Source: Thermoanaerobaculia bacterium (GTDB lineage Bacteria; Acidobacteriota; Thermoanaerobaculia; Multivoradales; UBA5704). From it: 59,882 nt of DNA. The notes below the pieces were generated by a model, which did no database searches, was not told the origin of the DNA, and saw only the letters and a list, made by a program, of their open reading frames with translations. The stretch covers positions 1 through 59,882 of the forward strand of contig DATANP010000366.1 of NCBI GenBank assembly GCA_036266195.1, in the 5' to 3' direction. Made by a program: the position numbers and the translations under genes. This document shows, one piece after another, positions 55,601 to 59,882 of this stretch (positions within the stretch are counted from its first letter, which is position 1; every line of letters starts with the position of its first letter).

Positions 55601-58600
55601 GCCGTGCGAAGTGACGGGCAGCTCGTCCAGGAACACCCAGGCCGCGGGCATCATGTACTCGGGCAAGCGATCGGACACCCGTCCGCGCAGCGCGGGCAGC
55701 ATGTCTTCCGACGCTACGACGTAGGCCACGAGCCGCTTCGCCTCTCCCTCGCCCACCGCCAGCATCACTACCTGCCGTACTGCGGGGTGCTCGGCGAGGG
55801 TGGCCTCGATCTCGCCCAGCTCGATGCGGAAGCCGCGCACCTTGACCTGGTTGTCGATACGGCCGAGGAACTCCAGGTTGCCGTCCGCCAGCCAGCGCGC
55901 CAGGTCGCCGGTGCGGTACCAGCGCCGGCCGTCGCGCTCCACGAACTTCTCGGCGGTCAGCTCCTCCTGTCCGCGATACCCGCGCGTCACGCCCGGGCCG
56001 CCGATCCACAGCTCACCCGGCACGCCGATCGGCGCATCCATCACCCGCAGGACCGCGCCCGGCAGCGGACGCCCGAGGAGGTTGCGGTCCTCGAAGCGCT
56101 CTCCCACGGCCTCGTAGCGCGAGCAGATGATGGTGGCCTCGGTCGGCCCGTAGAGCACGGTTGCGACCGCGGCCGGGAAGGTCCTGCGGAGGTCCGACAG
56201 CAGGTCCGGCGGCACGGCGTCGCCGCCCACGAACACCCGGCGCAGCGTGGTGTTTTCGCCAACCCGCTCGACCACCTCGCGCATCAGGGCCGGCACCGCA
56301 TGAAGCAGCGTCATACGATCCAGAGACGCAGCCAGCGCGGGTACGTCGAGCGTCGGACGCAGGTCGAAGAGCACCGAGGTGCCACCCGCGAGGAGCGGCC
56401 CGAGCAACTCGAACAGGAAGATGTCGAACGAGAACGGCGCGAGGCACGGTATCCGGTCCGTGGCCGAGAAGCCGAACGCCTCCTGCGCGGCCCGCATCGT
56501 GTGCGACAGGCTGCCGTGCTCCACCTGCACGGCCTTCGGCCGGCCCGTGGTGCCCGACGTATAGATGAGGTAGGCGAGGTCGCCCGGCTCCGGATCGCGC
56601 CGGAGCAGGGTCCGCCCCGACTCCCCCACCGCCTCCAGCTCCAGGATCTCCAGGTTCCCGACCGGCAGCCCGGCGCGCAGATCCTCCAGCGAGCGCTGGG
56701 TGAGCAGGACCCGCGGCGCCGAGTCCGAGATCATGTAGGCGAGGCGCTCCGCGGGGAGCGACGGATCGAGCGGCACGTAGGCGCCGCCGGCCTTCCAGAT
56801 GCCCAGGATGGCCGCGGCGAGGTCCGGCGTGCGCTCCACGAGCAGTCCGACCCGCTCCTCCGGCCCGACCCCGAGCGCGCCCAGGCGCACGGCGATGCGG
56901 TCCGACCGGAGGTCCAGCTCGCGGTACGTGACGCTCCGGCCGTTGTGCTCGACCGCGATAGCACCCGGCGAGCGGGCCGCCCGCTCCTCGAAGAGCCGCG
57001 GTACTGGGTAGGGGGGAGCCGTCTCGGCCCTCTCCTCCACCCCGCCCCACTCGACGAGAAGCTGGTGGCGCTCCGATGCGGCGAGGAGCGGCAGATCCGC
57101 CAACGCCATGTCCGGATCGGCTGCGGCGGCTTCGAGCAGCAGACGGTAGCGGTCCACGAGCCGCCGGACCGTGGTGACGTCGAACAGGTCGGTCCGCAGC
57201 TCCACCACGATCTCCAGCGGCCCGGTCCCGGCGTCGTTCACCCCGAAGCCGAGGTCGAAGACGGAGGTGCCGATCTCGAAGTCGAACGGGCTCACGCTGA
57301 GGCCCGGCAACTCGACCGCCCCGGCACCGGCGTTCTGGACCGCGAACATCACCTGGAAGAGCGGGTTGTAGGCCAGGCTGCGCGGGATGTGCAGGTCCTC
57401 GACCAGCTTCTCGAACGGCAGGTCCTGGTGGGCGTAGGCGTCGAGCGCCGCGCGCCGGACCCGCTCCATGAACCCGGGGAAGCTCAGGCCCGGTTCGAGC
57501 CGGCCGCGCATCACGAGGGTGTTCACGAAGAAACCGATCAGCCCCTCCACCTCCAGCCGGTTGCGGTTGGCGATCGGCGAGCCCACGAGCACATCCTCCT
57601 GGCCCGTGAGGCGGCCGAGAAGCGCCTGCAGTCCCGCCATGAGGATCATGAACAGCGTGGCATCCTGCCTCTTCGCGGACTGCCGCAGTCCATCCGCCAG
57701 CTCCGCCGGCAGGACCGACGTGAGCACCGCTCCGCGGAAGGTCTGGACCGGAGGACGCGGCCGGTCCGTGGGCAGCTCCAGGAGGGCCGGTGCCCCGGCC
57801 AGCTCCTCGCGCCAGTAGGAGAGCTGGGCTTCCAGGACCTCGCCGCGGAGATGCTCGCGCTGCCAGACTGCGAAATCCGGATATTGGATCGGCAGCTCCG
57901 GCAACGGCGACGGCCGGCCCTGGGCGAATGTCTGATACAGCAGGGTACACTCGCGGACCAGCACCTCCATGGACCAGTTGTCGCTCACGATGTGGTGCAT
58001 GTTGAGGAGCACCACCTGGTCGTCCGGCCCGAGTCGGACGAGGAGCGCGCGGAACAGAGGTCCCGTGGAGAGATCGAACGGCCGGCCGGCCTCGGTCGCG
58101 AGGAGGCGGCGGGCTTCTTCAGGCACCATCCGCAAATCGATCACCGGCAGGGCGGGCACGAACGGCGCCGAGACGATCTGGACGCCCTCGCCGTCGCGCT
58201 CCGCGAACGTGGTGCGCAGCGACTCGTGGCGCCGGACGATCTCGGCCAGGGCGCGCGCCAGGGCGTCCACGTCCAGCCATCCCCTCAGGCGCAGGGCAGC
58301 CGGGATGGTGTAGGACGAGCCGCCGGGCTGCAACCGGTCGAAGAACCAGAGGCGCTCCTGCGCGAACGAGAGGGGCGCCGGGCCGTCTCCTTCGCGGCGT
58401 GGGATCCCCTGGACCGGAGATTTCGACCGCAGATGGCCCAGAGCGGCGCGCTGGGTGTCCGACATGCGCGAGCGGAGCGCGGCGAGCCGCCGCTCGCGCT
58501 CGGCGAGGCGGTCCTGGAGAGCGGCTCCGGCGGTCTCCACCTGCTTCCGCTCCGATCCGGCGAAGACCGGCAGATCGGCGACGGGCATCTCCGGCTCGCC

Positions 58601-59882
58601 CGCGGCCCGCTCCAGCAGGCCGCGCAGGTGGTCCATGATGCGGACGACCGTGGCCTCCTCATACAGGTCGGTGGAGTACTCGGCCGTGATGCGGAGCGCG
58701 GGTCCGGCCTCCTCAAAGGAGAAGGACAGGTCGAGCTTGGCGGTCTCCGACCAGGGCTCCATCCTCTCCAGCCGCGCCCCGGGCAGGTCCAGGACTGCCG
58801 TGGTCGCGCTCTGGAGCACGAGCATCACCTGGAACAGCGGGTTCCAGCCGAGGCTCCGCGGCACCTGCAGATCCTCCACCACGCGCTCGAACGGCACGTC
58901 CTGGTTCGCGTACGCGCCGAGCGCCGTCGCCTTGACCTGCGCGAGCAGCTCGCGGAAGGTCATATCCGGCCGGAGGCGGGCACGCAGGGCCAGGGTGTTC
59001 GCGAAGAAACCGATCAGGCCCTCGGTCTCGGAGCGGTTGCGGTTCGCGACGGGCGAGCCCACGACCATGTCCTCCGCGCGGATGAGCGCGAAGAGGCCCG
59101 CCAGGAGAACCATGAAAAGGCTCGCGCCTTCTCGCCGGGCCAAGGCTTCGAGGTCGGTGGCCAGGCCGGCTGGAATCGGGCCCTGGGCCAGGCGTCCGCG
59201 GAAGCTCTGCACGGCCGGGCGCTGCCGATCGCCCGGCAGCTCGGTCAAAGCCGGCGCGCCCGCCAGCTCCCGCCGCCACCAGCCGAGCTGGCGCTCCAGC
59301 GCCTCGCCCTGGAGCCGTTGCCAGACCGCGACGTCGGCGTACTGAACCGGCAGCTCGGGCAACGGAGACGGCCGGCCCTGGACGAACGCGCGGTAAAGCG
59401 CTCCCAGCTCGCGGACGAAGACGTCCATGGACCAGCCGTCGGCCACGATGTGATGGATGGTCAGAAGCACCGCATGGTCGGCCTCTCCGAGCCGCACCAG
59501 GGTCGAGCGCAGCAGCGGCCCGCGGGCGAGGTCGAACGGCCGCCGCGACTCCTCCACCGTCAACCGCCACAGCTCGCCGCTCCGCTCCGGGAGCCCGGAG
59601 AGATCGATCACGGGCAAGCCGAGGCTCGCCTCCATCGAGATCCTCTGCACCGGCCGGCCGTCCAACTCGGGCAGGGTCGTGCGCAGCGACTCGTGGCGCC
59701 GCACGATCTCGCGCAGGCTGCGGGCGAAGGCCGCCACGTCGAGGAATCCGGTCAACCTCACGCCGCCGGCGAGGTTGTAGAGCGGGCTTCCCGGAGCGAG
59801 CCGGTCGATGAACCACAAGCGTTCCTGGGCGAACGAAGGCGGCATGTCGCCTGTCCGCGGCACGCGCGGAATGGAAAGGGTT
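52604..59882 (-). CDS. NRPS-D, 5' partial: ...-C-[helical linker]-C-A-T-C-A(truncated after A8)
   Basis: The frame is open to the window edge (TLSIPRVPRTGDMPPSFAQERLWF is a T-C linker, so the GTG at 59863 is not the start). HHxxxDG at 59449 (HHIVADGWS), 57992 (HHIVSDNWS) and 54872 (HHIAGDGWS). T Ser codon at 55433. A3 cores near 56531-56580 and 53501-53550. It ends RLVAYVV + 21 repeat-derived residues + TGA, before the A9/A10 motifs. Confidence 0.93.
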   Translation of the reverse strand, partial: TLSIPRVPRTGDMPPSFAQERLWFIDRLAPGSPLYNLAGGVRLTGFLDVAAFARSLREIVRRHESLRTTLPELDGRPVQRISMEASLGLPVIDLSGLPERSGELWRLTVEESRRPFDLARGPLLRSTLVRLGEADHAVLLTIHHIVADGWSMDVFVRELGALYRAFVQGRPSPLPELPVQYADVAVWQRLQGEALERQLGWWRRELAGAPALTELPGDRQRPAVQSFRGRLAQGPIPAGLATDLEALARREGASLFMVLLAGLFALIRAEDMVVGSPVANRNRSETEGLIGFFANTLALRARLRPDMTFRELLAQVKATALGAYANQDVPFERVVEDLQVPRSLGWNPLFQVMLVLQSATTAVLDLPGARLERMEPWSETAKLDLSFSFEEAGPALRITAEYSTDLYEEATVVRIMDHLRGLLERAAGEPEMPVADLPVFAGSERKQVETAGAALQDRLAERERRLAALRSRMSDTQRAALGHLRSKSPVQGIPRREGDGPAPLSFAQERLWFFDRLQPGGSSYTIPAALRLRGWLDVDALARALAEIVRRHESLRTTFAERDGEGVQIVSAPFVPALPVIDLRMVPEEARRLLATEAGRPFDLSTGPLFRALLVRLGPDDQVVLLNMHHIVSDNWSMEVLVRECTLLYQTFAQGRPSPLPELPIQYPDFAVWQREHLRGEVLEAQLSYWREELAGAPALLELPTDRPRPPVQTFRGAVLTSVLPAELADGLRQSAKRQDATLFMILMAGLQALLGRLTGQEDVLVGSPIANRNRLEVEGLIGFFVNTLVMRGRLEPGLSFPGFMERVRRAALDAYAHQDLPFEKLVEDLHIPRSLAYNPLFQVMFAVQNAGAGAVELPGLSVSPFDFEIGTSVFDLGFGVNDAGTGPLEIVVELRTDLFDVTTVRRLVDRYRLLLEAAAADPDMALADLPLLAASERHQLLVEWGGVEERAETAPPYPVPRLFEERAARSPGAIAVEHNGRSVTYRELDLRSDRIAVRLGALGVGPEERVGLLVERTPDLAAAILGIWKAGGAYVPLDPSLPAERLAYMISDSAPRVLLTQRSLEDLRAGLPVGNLEILELEAVGESGRTLLRRDPEPGDLAYLIYTSGTTGRPKAVQVEHGSLSHTMRAAQEAFGFSATDRIPCLAPFSFDIFLFELLGPLLAGGTSVLFDLRPTLDVPALAASLDRMTLLHAVPALMREVVERVGENTTLRRVFVGGDAVPPDLLSDLRRTFPAAVATVLYGPTEATIICSRYEAVGERFEDRNLLGRPLPGAVLRVMDAPIGVPGELWIGGPGVTRGYRGQEELTAEKFVERDGRRWYRTGDLARWLADGNLEFLGRIDNQVKVRGFRIELGEIEATLAEHPAVRQVVMLAVGEGEAKRLVAYVVASEDMLPALRGRVSDRLPEYMMPAAWVFLDELPVTSHGKVDRRALARIEPGIEAGSGEAPRTETEERLAALWSGLLGVERVGTASDFFDLGGHSLLATRLSSRVREAFGVELPLRAFFEASVLSDQARRIDEATMSSAPPIPRRTDGGPAPLSFAQERLWFIDRLTPGSPLYNMPSALRLTGEVDVALLETALREIAHRHEVLRATFLEIDGEPRQVVDPEVRLRLPVIDLRALPDSEAEALRLAAEEAVRPFDLRRGPLLRAGLVRLDERDWLALFNLHHIAGDGWSFGILVQELSALYAGRSLPGLPVQYADFAAWQRQWLQDEVLEAQLAWWRAELDGAPALLELPTDRPRPAVQSYRGAVEAVALPANLAASLAEVARREGATLFMTLLAGFEALLARYTGQDDLLVGSPVAGRGRLELEGLIGFFVNTLVLRGRLADAGFQEILGRVRTSALGAFAHQDLPFERLVEELRVERSLAHSPLVQVTFALQNLPSGAVELPGLLLAPADAQGSTAKFDLTLSLSETGGTLTGGVEYASDLFDRATIVRLLGHFETLLAGAVEDPGRHLEDLPLLTPGETRQILGEWNATEMDLPKEPVHLLFERQARERPDAPAVVSAHGSLTYGELDRGANRLARRLRRLGVGPETVVAVCIPRSPELVLAELAVLKAGGAYLPLDPSHPEERLAYTVADSGALLLLREVGDLADESEEPLEPAGHTDLLAYVIYTSGSTGAPKGTELTHAGLSNLTAWHRRTYGPGAGDRTTLLAGPGFDASVWEVWPALASGAALHVPPQETVASPPDLVAWMAAERITQSFLPTPLAEAVLAEPLPAGLELRVVVTGGDRLHRRPSADAPFALVNHYGPTEGTVVATADPVDPSGDRMPAIGRPIANVRVYLLDRALGPVPAGVPGELFVAGAGLARGYRNRPDLTAERFAPDPFGGLTGKSGERLYRTGDLARFLPGGEIEFLGRLDHQVKIRGFRVELGEIEAVLAQSPGVREAAVLARDGRLVAYVVTSPPVPSPISRPPPAGRGGT
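58373..58562 (-). other. ~63-aa helical linker between two C domains in NRPS-D
   Basis: AGSERKQVETAGAALQDRLAERERRLAALRSRMSDTQRAALGHLRSKSPVQGIPRREGDGPAP, followed by LSFAQERLWF. Confidence 0.85.

Noticed and set aside
59861-59863. GTG at 59863 as the start codon of NRPS-D.
   Set aside because: The frame is open to the window edge and the upstream residues (TLSIPRV) form a typical T-to-C linker. The gene is therefore 5' truncated by the window.

Overview
High-GC bacterial window with two parts.

(1) nt 1-9800 holds housekeeping-type genes:
- A DUF4350-like/MoxR/DUF58/SpoIIM-like/RDD operon. It is interrupted by a ~430-bp lower-GC insertion carrying a small reverse-strand ORF, bounded by a 27-bp direct repeat.
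- A DEAD-box helicase, a secreted two-domain hydrolase, a Nudix hydrolase and a small membrane protein.

(2) nt 9.8-59.9 kb is entirely minus strand and holds about 49 kb of megasynthetase coding sequence in five giant ORFs. These form two paralogous assembly lines, each ending in a thioesterase (TE).
- Line 1 is 5' truncated by the window edge. It consists of NRPS-D (52604-59882) and NRPS-C (48132-52607).
- Line 2 consists of an AT-less KS-T-C-A-T hybrid (40522-45942), NRPS-B (24689-40525, five modules plus a terminal C) and NRPS-A (10824-24581, four modules plus TE).
- The lines are separated by a 2.2-kb lower-GC island. It carries an Rpn-family nuclease/transposase-like gene, a Uma2-like fragment and a 21-bp x13 tandem array.
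- A di-haem cytochrome c is translationally coupled (ATGA) to the end of NRPS-A.

Unusual points:
- C-linker-C didomains are joined by a conserved charged helical linker (core R-x-x-[LM]-S-D-x-[KQ]-R-A-A-L). It occurs three times, once as a protein C-terminus.
- Two protein junctions break canonical module logic (T|A-T with no C, and C|A).
- One adenylation domain is split into two ORFs by a 166-bp nested palindromic GC-rich element with a 1-nt frame offset.
- Two families of short palindromic repeats sit in frame inside A-domain surface loops, one of them in opposite orientations in paralogous modules.

No rRNA, tRNA or CRISPR was recognised. All family calls rest on motifs read by eye and on memory of those families. 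No database search was run.
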